The notes under the pieces: generated by a model
Databases searched by the model: none
What the model was told of the DNA's origin: nothing
What the model saw: the letters and a program-made list of their open reading frames with translations, nothing else
Assembly: GCA_951406725.2 (NCBI GenBank)
Contig: OX597817.1
Span: 176,204,001-176,268,000 of the forward strand
Origin: Octopus vulgaris
Taxonomy: Eukaryota
DNA: 64,000 nucleotides
Direction of reading: 5' to 3'
Part shown: piece by piece, positions 13,746-27,912 of the stretch
How positions within the stretch are numbered: the first letter of the stretch is position 1
Layout: every line of letters starts with the position of its first letter
Position numbers and translations under genes: made by a program

Positions 13746-15515
13746 CATCATCATCATCATCATCATCGTTTAACGTCCGCTTTCCATGCTAGCATGGGTT
13801 GGACGGTTCAACTGGGGTCTGGCAAGCCCGAAGGCTGCACCAGGCCAGTCAGATCTGGCAGTGTTTCTACAGCTGGATGCCCTTCCTAACGCCAACCACT
13901 CCGAGAGTGTAGTGGGTGATTTTATGTGCCACCGACACAGGTGCCAGACGAGGCTGGCAGACGGCCACGCTCGGATGGTGTTCTTTATGTGCCACCGACA
14001 CAGGTGCCAGAGGAGGCTGGCTGACGGCCACGCTCGGATGGTGTTTTCTTATGTGTCACCGACACAGGTGCCAGACGAGGCTGGCGGACGGCCACGCTCG
14101 GATGGTGTTTGTTACATGCCCTTAGCACGGAGGCCAGTCGTTGCGGTACTGGCTACGGTCACGTTCGGATGGTTTTCTTATGTGCCACCGGCACTGGTAC
14201 CACAAGGATACAAATTCCATTGATGTTCATCTATTTTGATTTGGTTCGATTTGATTTGATTTGATTCGATTCTCACTTGCCTCAACAGGTCTTCACAAGT
14301 GTCACAAGAAGGAAGGTATGCACAGGTGGACTGACTACGTCCCAGGTAGGGGCCACGGATTATGGCTTCACTAGTCTTGCCGGGTCTTCTCACGCACAGC
14401 ATACTTCCATAGGTCTCGGTCTCTAGTCATTTCCATGGTGAGACCTAACGTCCGAAGGTCGTGCTTCACCACCTCGTCCCAGGTTTTCCTGGGTCTACCT
14501 CTTCCACGGGTTCCCTCAACTGCTAGGGATTGGCACTTTCTCACACACCTATCTTCATCCATTCTCGCCACATGACCATACCAGCGCAATCGTCTCTCTT
14601 GCACACCACAACTGATGCTTCTTAGGTACAACATTTCTCTCAAGGTACTAACGCTCTGTCGAGTAAGTACACTGACATTACACATCCATCGGAGCATACT
14701 GGCTTCGTTCCTCGCGAGCTTACGCATGTCCTCAGCAGTCACGGCCCATGTTTCACTGCCATGTAGCATAGCTGTTCGTACACATGCATCATACAGTCTG
14801 CCTTTTACTCTGAGCGAGAGGCCTTTAGTCACCAGCAGAGGTAAGAGCTCCCTAAACTTTGCCCAGGCTATTCTTATTCTAGCAGTTACACTTTCAGCGC
14901 ACCCACCCCCACTACTGACTTGGTCACCTAGATAGCGGAAGCTATCAACTACTTCTAGTTTTTCCCCCGGAAAGTGACGGAAGTTGTTTTCTGCAGATTT
15001 TCGGAGGTCAATGCTCCAGAGCATCTGCCACATACAAAAACTATCTTCTCAGTTAGCCTACCTTTGACATTGCTGCACCTCTTATGTGTCCATAGCTTAC
15101 ACTGGGTACATCTTATAGAGTTTCTACCTACACCTTTTCTACAGATCGAGCAGGGCCATCTTCCTGAGGATATTTGTGGATTGTCTACCTTTCTACTTAT
15201 TAGTACTTTGGTTTTAGCTAGGTTGACTCTAAGGCCCCTCGATTCTAAACCCTCCTTCCACACCTGGAACTTCTCCTCCAGTTCTGATAGTGACTCAGCA
15301 ATTAGAGCGAGGTCGTCAGCATAGAGGAGCTCCCAGGGGCAACCTGTCTTGAATTCCTCCACAATTGCCTGGAGGACTATGATAAATAGGAGGGGGCTGA
15401 GTACTGAACCCTGGTGGACCCCAACCTCTACTTTGAATTCTTCTGTGTACATGTTGCCAACTCTAACCTTACTTACGGCATCTCTGTACATGGCTTGCAC
15501 AGCCCTCACCAGCTA

Positions 15516-15518
<3 letters not shown>
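13746..15518 (-). mobile_element. RTE-type LINE, 5'-truncated, one frameshift
   Basis: ORFs 14955..15509 and 14371..15033 give GVHQGSVLSP, LYADD, FRYLG, HGSETW, RLRWYGHV and RGRGRPRKTW. The 3' UTR has 'gtgccaccg(a/g)cac' repeats and a (GAT)n tail. Confidence 0.9.
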
Positions 15519-15571
<53 letters not shown>

Positions 15572-15574
<3 letters not shown>

Positions 15575-16478
15575 GGTGTGGGTGAATATATTGTTGTCTA
15601 CATTACGCAAAATGTAAATAACACTGACATCTCGATTTAACAGATACATTTACCAAAATTACATGAAAATATTTTGAATTACTAAAGTGTAAATTTATTC
15701 AATAAAATCACCATTGACTTCAACAAGAGCCTCCAGATGACCTCAAAGTCTCCTGCAACTATTCTGGACAGTCTCCTTGTTTAAGTTGGTGAATGCTGCC
15801 ATAATCCTTACCTTCTGTTCATCTTTGGTGTTAGAAGAGGTTTTGTTGGTCTCTTGCTCAACTGTGCCCCACACATAATAATGAAAGGAGTTGTAGTCTG
15901 TGGAGTTAGGTGGCCAGATGTTAGGGATGATGTGGTCACAGAAATTGTCTGACAGCCATGACTGGATTCTCTTGCTTGAGTGGCATGGTGCAGAGTCCTG
16001 TTGCTAGACATAGGGTGTTCCAGCAGCCATCCTCTTGGTCCAGGGCAGCACTACCTCCTCCATGCACTTGATGTAAGTCTCCATGTTGAGTCTGTGGTCA
16101 TGTGGGAAGATCAATGGAGGCATAATATCGCCATCACTAGTGATCACTCCAAACCCCATGATGTTGACTGGATGTTTCATTTTTATCACTCTCAGTACAT
16201 CTTTTGGGTACACAGCATACACAGCCTCTTTTGAGTACACAGTTGTTCTGTATGTTCACCATCTTTTTGTATTGGAACTTCCAGCGTGAATGCCAAGCAG
16301 TACAGCATGTTGTTTCCAAATTTCTGGCAAAGTGAATTGCATCATGGTGCTGTTTTTCACACAGACAGTGCCCAACTGAACCTACTATACTGGGTAGTCA
16401 ACAAAATCAAAAATAAGCAATGCGCATGCACAACGTAACAAATATAAAATGGCAACAATTTACTCATTGCATTTATAT
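15572..16478 (-). mobile_element. Decayed Tc1/mariner (maT/DD37D-like) transposon
   Basis: Starts TA|CAGGGTG. Transposase remnants KHPVNIMGFGVITSDGDIMPP, QQDSAPCH and WPPNSPD..YYVWG are visible on the minus strand. The right TIR is degenerate. Confidence 0.7.
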
Positions 16479-16850
16479 GTATAATAAGCATATATTATAT
16501 GCATATATAAACACACACACTCACATATATTAGTGACAGTTGCTTACAACTGAGTGTCTAAATATCATCATTGTTATCTTAGCATCCACTTTCCAATGTT
16601 CACATGGGTGAAATGGGATTTGTTGAGGCAGATTTTCTATGACCAGATGCACTTCCTGTCACCAAACCTCACCTGTTTCCAAGTAAGGTAATCTTTTGCT
16701 ATGACCAGACATGTTTTATGGAAGATTGTGAATGAAGGACCTCCTTTCATAATGGTGGCACTCATTTACAATTATCACAAGATATGAAGGCAAGGAGACA
16801 GCAACACAGACATGCACACACAGACACACACACATGTATATCTGTACATA

Positions 16851-17401
16851 CAGGGTTATTCAAAAAGAATGAACTGATTTGATTACGCAATATTTTAATA
16901 AGGAAAAGCAGTAGAAAACTCCAGCTAAGTCACAAGTATTTACTACCAATCAACTTTTATTTCCTGTCTTACAATTGTTCGATGTGGCCACCGCCTGCAG
17001 CATGGACAACATCAATACAATAAAAGAATTCCTCCCAGACACGTGTCAGCATATCACGATCCACTGACTTCATCGCTGTTGTGTGATTTTTGTTCTTGTG
17101 GGGATATGTAAAATATCATGTTTATGTTCAACCACTACTCACTAACCCCAATGACCTTAAACATTGAATAACAGCAGTGATCAACTCAGTGGATTGGGAT
17201 CTGGTGATACGCATCTGGGAGGAATTCTCTTATCGCATTGATGTTGCTGTGCTGCAGGTGGTGACCACATTGAACACTTGTAAGACAGAAAATAAAAGGT
17301 GATTGTGAGTAAATACTTGTGACTTAGCTGGAGTTTTCTATTGCTTTTCCTTATTAAAATATTGTGTAATGAAATCACTTCATTCTTTTTGAATAACCCT
17401 G
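16851..17401. mobile_element. Palindromic Tc1/mariner-type MITE with about 200-bp TIRs
   Basis: TA|CAGGGTTATTCAAAAAGAATGAA...TTCATTCTTTTTGAATAACCCTG|TA. The arms contain a transposase C-terminal remnant (GGDHIEHL*) and the centre has LWGYVKYHVY. Confidence 0.85.
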
Positions 17402-18545
17402 TAAATATATATATGTATGTATACCTATACATAACTATACACACACACACATGTATAACTATATTTTAAAATATATGGGCTGATTACAGAGTGCTCATAG
17501 AGAGCCAAGGCAAAAAAATATAGAGTAGAGAAAATTAAAAATACAAAGTTTAGGCAGTCAAACAGATTTCCGAATGCTTAAATGAAATCATTCAACCAAA
17601 TTAGTTGAAGCATATATATTTATTCACATCAGCATAAATCATGCATGTACAAGGCATAAAGATTCTCCAATGGTTTAAAGAATATAAAACCAAACATACA
17701 GAAAGATATAGAAGATATATAAAAATATAAAATTACCTATAACTAAAAAATTACATGTAATGAGTTATGTGTGATAAATCTGGAAGATGCAAAATGAATG
17801 AAAGATTGGTAAATATAGGAATAAAAACATCAATTTTAAGAAGACAAACTGCCTAAATCTTCTAAAAGTCACTTATACAAATAAATTATAAGATAGAAAT
17901 TACAAGATAAAAGATGTTCGAGGTCAAAATTCTAAAACAAGTGAGGGCTAAATTTCAAGGTTAAAATAGAGAAATAAAAAGGATCCAAAATTGTATGTAT
18001 GTATGTAGATATGTATGCAGATATGTACATACATATGTATGCATGCATGCATATATGCATGTATGTATGTATGTGTGTATGTGTATATATATTTAGAAAC
18101 TTTCTGCAGTGAAGAAACACTTTACTCAAATGGCTCTGAGGAGGCTATAAGATGTTGCACTGGCATTCAACTCTGGGTGCAGTGACATATGGTAGAAACA
18201 GCTGTAAGCTCTCTCTCTCTCTCTATATATATATATAACAATTTCCTTGCAGTTTTCATCAATTTAATCCACTTACAAGGCTTTGATTGGCCTGAGGCTA
18301 TAGTGACCAAGGTGTCATGCAGAGGGACAGCAATTAGTTTCTGATTACCAGGTCAGTTTATAATACACAAAATGAAACATCTAATCGATGTGGCAATGTT
18401 TACCTGTAATTACCTGTTAATTAGAGGTTGTTATATTCTAAAATGACTAGTGTAGAACAGGTTTAAAATAGCTCACCAGGTTGAAGGCTGATCACCAGTA
18501 ACAACAATGAGCTAATGAAGTAGCTACAATGTAGTCAATTTTTAA

Positions 18546-18752
18546 CCCATTTGTATTCAGATTTCTCTGCCAAATGTAATGTGTTTATTCACATTGACTT
18601 GAATTAGTCATGCATTAGCTTTGAGATTTCAGTGATGTGATTGTTTATTTTTTAGAATAATAATGTGGGGTAAGTGTGATCGGCCAGATCTGGCAAGTTT
18701 GAAGATAAAACAGGTAGATTATTTTGGATATGGTCAGTTAAATGCTAATGGG
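18546..18752. mobile_element. piggyBac-type MITE (second family)
   Basis: TTAA|CCCATT...AATGGG|TTAA. Related degenerate copies at about 4585-4805 and 6970-7158. Confidence 0.65.
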
Positions 18753-18784
18753 TTAAGTTACTAGAAATAATGGCACCTTAAAAA

Positions 18785-19180
18785 TCCCTTCTATTGTAGG
18801 CACAAGGCCTGAAATTTTGGGGGAAGGGGCCAGTCGATTAAATTGACCCCAGTACGCAGCTGGTACTTAATTAATCAACCCCGAAAGGATAAAAGGCAAA
18901 GTCGACCTCGGTGGAATTTGAACTCAGAACCTAAAGACAGACGAAATACCTATTTCTTTACTACCCACAAGGGGCTAAACACAGAGAAGACAAACAAGGA
19001 CAAACGGATTAAGTCAATTATATCAACCCCAGTGCGTAACTGGTACTTATCTAATCGACCCTGAAAAGATGAAAGGCAAAGTCGACCTCAGCGGAATTTG
19101 AACTCAGAATGTAAAGACAGATGAAATACTGCTAAGCATTTCAGCCAGCATGCTAACGATTCTGCCAGCTCGCCACCTTA
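18785..19180 (-). mobile_element. Dimeric/nested family-B SINE
   Basis: Two successive 'gaccccagt..ctggtactta..aaggcaaagtcgacctc.g.ggaatttgaactcagaa' units. Confidence 0.7.
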
Positions 19181-20369
19181 AATAGGAAAGATCATATTGT
19201 CTTAGAAATAGTATGTCTGAATATCAGATGGAATGGTTATGGATGGAATTCCTCTTATTGTAAACTTGTTCATTTAAGGTTGATTTGAGACTAAACAAAA
19301 ACAGCAAAACATTTAAGTTTTACTGCATACATAACAAACTTTATCCTTTTGTTATCATATTTCTGTTAAATTACTCTAAATTTATTTCAATAATTTTGAA
19401 AATAATGAAGTATTAAGTAAAATCACTTTGTCATTAGAACATAAAAACTTCCATCAAATTTTAATGTAGTATTAATTTAGATCATTTTAAAATAGAAAGT
19501 TTGTATCATAACATCAGGAGTGGTCTCAGGCAGATTGGTATCGAAAGGGATAAACTACGTTTTTCAGTTCGTAACAGCATATATACAGTTAAACAGAAGT
19601 TATACTAACATCAGTTATCCAAATTTTAGATTATCTATGCAAGATCTCAAAGTCTAATGAATATTTAATTCCCCGTGTTGTGTGTAAAATTGAACTTGAG
19701 GATATTACTAGCGCAGTCATTTTGTCTTTTCTTTATAATGAGAAAAAGTGAATTCAAATTCCTGAAGAACATGTAAAAGCATTTCTGAGACTAATGCAAG
19801 GGTCATATTTTTATGTTTATATCATAATCAATGACTACATTTCCATGCTTGCTTGGGTCAGATGGACTTTGTTGAGGCAGATTTTCTATGGCCAAATGCC
19901 CTTACTGTAACTGATCTTTCACTGTTTCCATGTAAGATAATTTTTCCACCTGTCCAGACATGTTTTCCCAGAAAACTGGAAACAGATAATGTAACTTGTA
20001 TGACAGTGACACTTGCTTACAACTGTCATCAGATGTCATGACAAGGAGACACACACACACACATTTATATACTTATATATACTTATATATATATGAAAAG
20101 TAAAAAGTAAAAGAGTCAAAAGGAAGAGTAAGAATGGTTAGGCAGCTTGTTAATTGCTATAAATGTTTAGATACATACAGACCTTCATATATACAGGATT
20201 TAAAGTTAAGCTTAAATTAAATTATTTAACGATTTACCTGTATAAGAAGAATACCTAAGACTAGAATTGGTAGCATACCATAAGAATACTACTGGCTATT
20301 TGGGAATTCTAAGGGCGAACGAGCTCTATTTTGACTCTTATACATTCTTAACAGAACACACCTCAACTA

Positions 20370-20413
<44 letters not shown>

Positions 20414-20465
20414 ACAAACATAATATATATACATATAAATATACAAATATACACGCATAAATATA

Positions 20466-21741
20466 CAAGGATAGGACAAAATAATGGAAACACCTTAAAA
20501 TTTTGAACAAATTTATTTTAATATGGGGTAGGACCACCTTTGGCAGTAATTACAGCTTGAATTCTACAAGGTATGGACTCATACAAAGTTTGAATTGTTT
20601 CTGAAGGAATTTTTGCCCATTCTTCATCTAAAACAGTCTCCAGTTCTTGCAGTGATGATGGTGGAGGATATTGACTCCTTGTTTTTCTAAAATACACCAT
20701 AAATGTTCAATAATACTGAGATCTAGAGACTGTGGCGGCCAGATAAGATGTTCAACTTCACTAGAATGTTCCTCGTGCCATTCAGTAACAACTTTAGCTG
20801 TGTGAATTGGTGCATTATCATCCTGAAAGATTGCGCTTCCCTCTGGAAACAGTTCCGCAACCATAGGATGAATTTGATCAGATAAAATGCTTAAATAGTC
20901 TTGACTACTAATTCTGCCATGAAGGGAAACCATTGGGCCAGCGGATTTCCAAGATATAGTCCCCACCCAGATCATCACAGATCCTCCTTCATGTTTAACA
21001 GTTGGAAGAAGGCAGTCTGGGTCAAATGCTTCTTTTGGCTGTCTCCACACGTATACTTGGCTGGTGGTCAGAAATAAGGTAAAGGATGACTTGTCTGAGA
21101 AAATTACATTCCTCCACTGCTCTAGGGACCAATTCTGTAGGATTTTACTCCACTCTAAATGCTTTGCAATGTTTGTATTTGAAAGTAATGGTTTTCTGAT
21201 TGCAGTCCTCCCATGAAATCCTACATTGTGCAGCTATCAGCGAACAGGTTTTGTGGAAATTGGGTTCTTGAGGTGGTCATTAAGCTCTGCAGTAATTTTG
21301 TGATCCTTTCTAACAATTCGTGTGAGAGTCTGATGGTCCCCATCTGAAAGTTTTGGTCTTCTTCCGGAGTTTTGTTTCGACAAGGAGGTTTTTCCCTCTT
21401 TGAGAAAAAGGGAAAAAACTCCTCGTCGAAAGGCTGTCATTATTTTCGAGACAGTACTTCTTGACACACTAAACATTTTGGCTGTTTTCATTATGCTAGC
21501 ATACAAGCACCAACAATTTGACCTCTTTGAAAGTCAAGTAGATCTGTCATTTTAATGAATTTTTATTATCTTTTTCTGATGATGTCTGAAAAGAAATACC
21601 AAATTTAGCAAAACGTATTAAGCAACACTAATAATAAATTAAAAAAAACATAAAAATAAACAAGCTTTTGACAGTTTTCTAGATATTTCAAAATTATGAT
21701 GCTATGATGCTAGGTGTTTCCATTATTTTGTCCAACCTCTG
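20466..21741 (-). mobile_element. Tc1-family transposon with TIRs and a disrupted transposase
   Basis: TIRs 'ggacaaaataatggaaacacct' / 'aggtgtttccattattttgtcc' with TA flanks. Fragments: HTH (SRSTVSK...GRRPKLS), PTVKHEGGSVMIW, FQDDNAPIH, WPPQSLDLSIIEHLW and AVITAKGGPTPY. Confidence 0.92.
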
Positions 21742-21767
21742 TATATGTAAATGTGTGTGTGTGTGTG

Positions 21768-21884
21768 TATTTTTATTGATATTTAACAGAAGTAACAGAG
21801 TGACTCAAGTGTGATAAGTGCCAACACACAAAACTCTCAGACCTTGAGTCACTCTGTTACTTTAGTTAAATATTAATAAAAATA
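21768..21884. repeat. Hairpin with about 42-bp arms
   Basis: 21768-21809 'tatttttattgatatttaacagaagtaacagagtgactcaag' pairs with 21843-21884 'cttgagtcactctgttactttagttaaatattaataaaaata'. Confidence 0.85.
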
Positions 21885-22200
21885 TACATAAACTCATAAT
21901 TTGAGTTGTAGTTTTTCTGTTTGCATCACCATACTTGTATATGGTACTACAGCATAACTGTAGCTACATGACTAAAATGAATTAAAGAATAAAAGAATAT
22001 ATATATATATATCATCATCATTATCACCAACATTTGCCACCTGTTTTCCATGCTGTCATGGGCTGGACGGATTGATAGGAACTGGTGAGGCCAGAGGTAG
22101 TACCAGGTTTCATAGTCTGTTTTGGCTTCATTTCTATGACTGGATGCCCTTCCTAATGCCAGCCACTTTACAGAGTGTACTAGGTGCTTTTTATATGGCA

Positions 22201-22239
<39 letters not shown>

Positions 22240-22345
22240 AGAGTAAGCATAAAAATGTGAAACAAAGTGGAAAAACTGTCCAACGAACAGGAACATGTAA
22301 CTCAGAGTAACAGTTTTTGTGATATTTTTGCTGCTTTTTAATAAA

Positions 22346-22382
<37 letters not shown>

Positions 22383-22446
22383 TCCCGGGTTGATTCGGGG
22401 TTAACCACAGTAAGTAAGGTACTCAATACATAGCAGAGTAAAATTA

Positions 22447-22907
22447 ATTTATTATATAGAAGGAGCTTCTACAGGACTAGTACTGTTTCATTCAAGAGAA
22501 ATCTTCAGGAAGCTATTTAACAAGAATTGTATTAGCATTTATACATTTAGAGGAGTGGTGGTGGGGGACTTTTTGGGGTAGGCATAGCGCAAAATATCAT
22601 ACTTGGGGGAGTGGTCAAGGTAATAAAAAAATAAAAAAATAAAAAATAAAAAAATAAAAAGATAAAATAAAAGAATAAAAATAAAAATATAAAAAATATA
22701 AAAAATATAAAAAATATAAAAAATATATATAAAAAAAATATATATAAAAAAATATATAAAAAAATATATATATAAAATATATATATAAAAAAATATATAT
22801 ATAAAAAAAGGGGGGATAGAGTTATAGGTAAATAAGGAGATTCTCACTTATACCTATACACACATTTATATGTATATACACACACATACGCACATACACA
22901 TATATCT

Positions 22908-22953
<46 letters not shown>

Positions 22954-23418
22954 CATACCTACACATACACACATACATACATACAAATATACATATACAT
23001 ATATATATATATACAATCCAATACAGGCCCATTCCCTAATTTTAATTTTATTATCTTCATTTATTACTTTTGTTATCTTTGATCGCTAGGGCTAAGAATC
23101 CTGGCAATAGCTGCTTGTCCGTTTGTCTGTCTACTAGAAGGCAAGTACTCATTCCCGCACGCACACTCATTAGCACGTACATTCACCCATTCGTACACTC
23201 ATACACATACACGTACGCACGCGTTATATTCATACATACAAACATCTACATACGTTCACGTATATACACATACGTACTCGTACCTACAGATTCGTGTCTA
23301 CACTTTAGGAGGCTAGTCTATACATATACACCAATAAATATACATATATATATATATATATATATACCCGCATATACATACACACACACACATATATACT
23401 CCTACATACAGATACATA

Positions 23419-23482
<64 letters not shown>

Positions 23483-23662
23483 CACATACATACACATACA
23501 CACATACACATACACACACATACATACACATATATATACATACACAAACATATATACACACACATATATATACATACACACATACACACATACATACGTA
23601 TACATACATACATACATCTATACATCCATACTTACATGCATTTATACGCATACACACACCCA

Positions 23663-23701
<39 letters not shown>

Positions 23702-23980
23702 TCACACATACATATACAAATCTACGCACACACATACATACATACACGTATACGCATACACGCACATACACATATACATGCGTACCCATACACGTGCACA
23801 CACGCACGCGCATCCATATAAATACACACACACACATATATATATACACGTGTGCAAGCATACATACATACTCATACGCGCACACATACTTACAAATACA
23901 TATATGCACACACTTACACACATATATATACATACACATATACATGCATACATACATATATGCATACATACACACACGCA

Positions 23981-24024
<44 letters not shown>

Positions 24025-24229
24025 CATATACACATACATATACATACATAGACATACATACACATACATACACATACACATACGTACACACACATATACA
24101 CATATATATATATACATATATATATATATACACATATACGCATACATATATACACATATACATACATATACATACACACACACATACATATATACATATA
24201 CACTGATACACATACCCATACATACACAT
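22447..24229. repeat. Left arm of a 1.8-kb inverted repeat (partner 27913-29698)
   Basis: Unique anchors match in reverse complement. ORFs 23070+ and 29080- give the same translation, [16 protein letters not shown]... Confidence 0.95.
22464..22514 (-). ncRNA. Type I hammerhead ribozyme (3' pLTR)
   Basis: AGCUUC-CUGAAGA-UUUCUCUUGAAU-GAA-ACAG-UACUAGUC-CUGU-A-GAAGCU: stem I AGCUUC/GAAGCU, full core, stem III ACAG/CUGU, GUA cleavage triplet. Folded by eye. Confidence 0.85.
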
Positions 24230-24664
24230 GCATATACTTATATTACTACATACTCACATATATAGACATATATACATATACACACATACATATATACATG
24301 TACATACACATACGCATGCATATATATATATATATATATATACATATATATACACATATATATATATATACATATATATACATACATACACACACACACA
24401 CACATACATATACACATATACATGTATACATACGCAAAAATGATACGCATATATACACATACACACACACAGACAGATGCATATACATACATATATATAT
24501 ATATAAACTACATATCTATATAAATACATACATAATACACATATACACACACATATATATACATTCATGCATATACATATACAAGTATACATACACAAAC
24601 ATACACACACACGCGCACACATACATATACACACACACATATACAAATACATACATGCACACAT

Positions 24665-24716
<52 letters not shown>

Positions 24717-25380
24717 GTACACACATACATATGTATATATATATCAACAAGGGAGGGTAAAGTTAATTAGTTATTAATCAATTTCATCAAGTGTTCAGTA
24801 TGTAAAGGGACCATTATTATTTTGAGTAAACAATGTTAGAGGGAAAAAAATTCTCTAAGTAGTGGAAGAGGCTAAAAAACTTTATTGGCTGCTATTTCTA
24901 GAAAGTTTAGTATGTGGCAAAGTAATTTATTTTATTTTCCTAAGCCCTAATTATATAATATTTTATACATACATACACATACATAAGCACATACATTTAC
25001 ACATACATATGCATATACATATATACACATATACATACAAACACATATACACATATACACACACACACACATACAAGCACATACATATATATATACATAT
25101 ATATACACATATATACACATATATATATATATATATATATACATGCAAATATATATACATATATATTTTTTTACATGCATACATACACACACACACACAT
25201 AATACATGCGTATATTCCTACTGTACCCATGCATTTCTATACATATATACATACATACATACGATACACATATACAAGCGTGCACATATAATATGTGAAA
25301 GGTCTTAGGAGAAAAGGTAATCGGGGGTGCTAGGGGAACAGTGGGGTTGGGGGTTGGGGGGGTTGTAGGGGGGGTTGTCA

Positions 25381-27521
25381 TCAATCAGGTTGCCGGGTAG
25401 GTCTATAGTTCTTGTAGTTCGCATACTTCTTATGCATACAGTTTGGGGAGTGTTCTGAAAATTTGTTAAGGAGAGGGCCTTTGGCGAACAAGATCTCTAG
25501 GCTCTCTGATATGCATAGGTCACAGCAGGTATGTCCTCCTGTGTACGAGCGCGCCTTCTGTAGTAGTTTCCACTTGGTCTTGAAGGGGATTGAGTTCCTT
25601 TTAAGGTACCAGATGTGGGCGGCGAGGGTAGTTTGGTTGGATTTATCCTGTCGCCGGAACGAGTGTGTATGTGCATACCAGCGGGTCTTAAAGCTGTTTG
25701 ACGTCATTCCAATGTAGGATTTACTTTTATCGTCAAGGCCTGATCTTACCTCGCATTTATATACTAGGTCCCTCTGTAGGCAGTTGTTGTTGAGGGGGCA
25801 GGTGGTTTTATCATGGCAGTTGCAATTGCTATCGGACGTTGGATGGGCCCCGGAGAAAGTAGATATGTTAAGTTTTTTCACATTGTTGTTGGCTAAGTTC
25901 CTGGCTAGGTTGGGCGTGGTAGAGTAGGAGAGTCTAATAGTGTTCTTATTTAGGATAGTGTAGTACTTATGTTGGGTGGGGAAGTGTTTCTGTAGGAGAG
26001 TGAAAAAGATCTTAGCTACAGGTGTAGCGACCTCACGGTTGAAGGGGGGTTATACCAGCTAATGTGTCTTCGTCTATTTTTCCTGGGTTGGCGTGGGGCT
26101 ATACTAGTGTAGGTAATCTTATCTTTAAAACCACTGCGGGCCAGGGCCTCGTTGTAATAGGGGGCTGCGGCCTTAAAGATATCTTCCGTGGCGGACAGGC
26201 TAGAGATTCTAATTGAGACACTTTTTACTAGGTTATCTAATATATTTCTGGGGTGGTTGGAATTGATATCTATATATCTAAGGGATTCATTTGGTTTGTG
26301 GTACGGGTAATAAAGTGAGGTTTTTAAGTCGAGGGTGACATCTAGGAAGTTAGCCTTAGTTAAGTTGGATTCTAGGGTAATCCTAAGGCCTAAGTTTTTA
26401 AAGAAGGTGTGAAGATTTTTCCGGAACCCATCCGTGGTCCTGGGGTTTATATTGTGGAGGGCGAAAAGGCCGTCATCTCGGTAAAGACCACCGGAGAGGC
26501 CTGTGAATAGGGTTTTCAGCCTATGGAGGATGAAAAGGCCCACTAGGTCACTTATTTCAGCAGAGTCGTTAGCACCCATGCTGACGTCGAAGGGGGTCAC
26601 AGATTTTTTGTTGATCCAGTGGGATCCGTCATAGAAAAGAAAAGTCTTACGTGCGTGGAGGATCACATCTTGCTCGGCCTCGGTGATGGTGGAGGACCTC
26701 CTGGCGAAGTTAATCGCATCGATCAGCAAGCTCTCCGATATAGAGGCGTAGTAATCCTCGATATCCAGTTGTAGGAATCGGGTGTTGCTTTTATCTGGTA
26801 AATCCCGGAACCAAGTTATTGCCTCGGAGGTCCTATTCCAGAGTGGAAGGGGTGAAGCTTCACGCATTTTTGGTAAAATCCTGTCCAAGATCTTCTTGCT
26901 GACGGATCCGATGTCAGACTTGGTTGGGTTGATCAAACGGACCGACGGTTTATTTTCGAAATGGTCTTTGTGGTCTTTCAGGGTGAAGTGTGGGGACTTC
27001 ACCCTCAGGGGTTCTGTTCGGTCGTCGATTTTAAGGGAGGTGGCAATCTCTTTCCCGGCCAAGTTGGTTTCAGTTAGCGCTACGTCGTCTACTTTCTTGT
27101 ATTTAGCTGTGATGGCGTTATCGGCTAGTCTATTATAGGTATCCGGAGTCACCGCGTAAATATTTTTTGTCTTGTCCGAAGGGACATGGAGGTTCTGGGA
27201 GCTTTTCATTTTCGAAAGCTTCGCATTCAGTTCCGTTTGGAAAGGTAAGTTGACTCTCCTGAATTTGATGTTTTTTATCATGAGGAAGAGGTCTTCTTCA
27301 AACGGTTCAAGTAGGCTGTTGGTAGGAGGGGCCTTATTTGATTTGAAGCCGTACTTATCATTACTGGTAGATGCTACATCAGGGTTGTCGAAGAAGAAAG
27401 ATCTCCATCGAATTCTTTTGATGAACTCATCAGTCCGTCTAATGAGGGCTTTTTGGTACTGTTTCCTTGGTGGGATAGTAATGTTCTTCAGGGAAGTGTC
27501 GAGGTCGATTCTTGTCAGCAT
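25381..27521 (-). CDS. Penelope-like reverse transcriptase plus C-terminal GIY-YIG endonuclease (single 1-nt frameshift at about 26044-26049)
   Basis: SDKT, LDIEDYYASI, FDVSMG, GLYRDDG, FLDV, WYNPP, then CNCx5CPL, LVYKC...SYIGMT and CDLC. Adding one C to the C6 run gives WYNPPFNREVA...KHFP..H...NKNTIRLSYS and fuses ORFs 26016..27521 and 25381..25881. Confidence 0.9.
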
Positions 27522-27652
27522 TTTTCTTGGTGATGGTTATAAGGGCACTAGGGTGTGCTAAGATATGTAGTTCCCGGGTTGATTCGGGGTTAACCACAGT
27601 AAGTAAGGTACTCAATACATAGCAGAGTAAAATTAATTTATTATATAGAAGG

Positions 27653-27703
27653 AGCTTCTACAGGACTAGTACTGTTTCATTCAAGAGAAATCTTCAGGAA
27701 GCT
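27653..27703 (-). ncRNA. Type I hammerhead ribozyme (5' pLTR, about 130 nt upstream of the ATG)
   Basis: Identical to 22464-22514. Confidence 0.85.
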
Positions 27704-27912
27704 ATTTAACAAGAATTGTATTAGCATTTATACATTTAGAGGAGTGGTGGTGGGGGACTTTTGGGGGTAGGCATAGCGCAAAATATCATACTTGGGGGAG
27801 TGGTCAAGGTAATAAAAAAATAAAAAAATAAAAATAAAAAAATAAAAAGATAAAATAAAAGAATAAAAATAAAAAATATAAAAAATATAAAAAATATAAA
27901 AATATAAAAAAT

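Noticed and set aside
13920-14200. CRISPR-like repeat array
   Set aside because: The spacers are themselves similar, the context is eukaryotic, and the array is the RTE 3' UTR.
23070-24777. Long ORFs rich in Y/I/H/T/C/V/M (also 27.7-29 kb and 49.4-52.6 kb)
   Set aside because: Translations of stop-poor dinucleotide repeats.
24885-24905. Minus-strand TAGAAATAGCA resembling an sgRNA scaffold
   Set aside because: A short chance match within an AT-rich repeat motif; the rest of the scaffold is absent.
25381-27521. Selenoprotein recoding, reported for some Naiad elements
   Set aside because: No in-frame TGA within the reconstructed ORF; the conserved positions are ordinary Cys.
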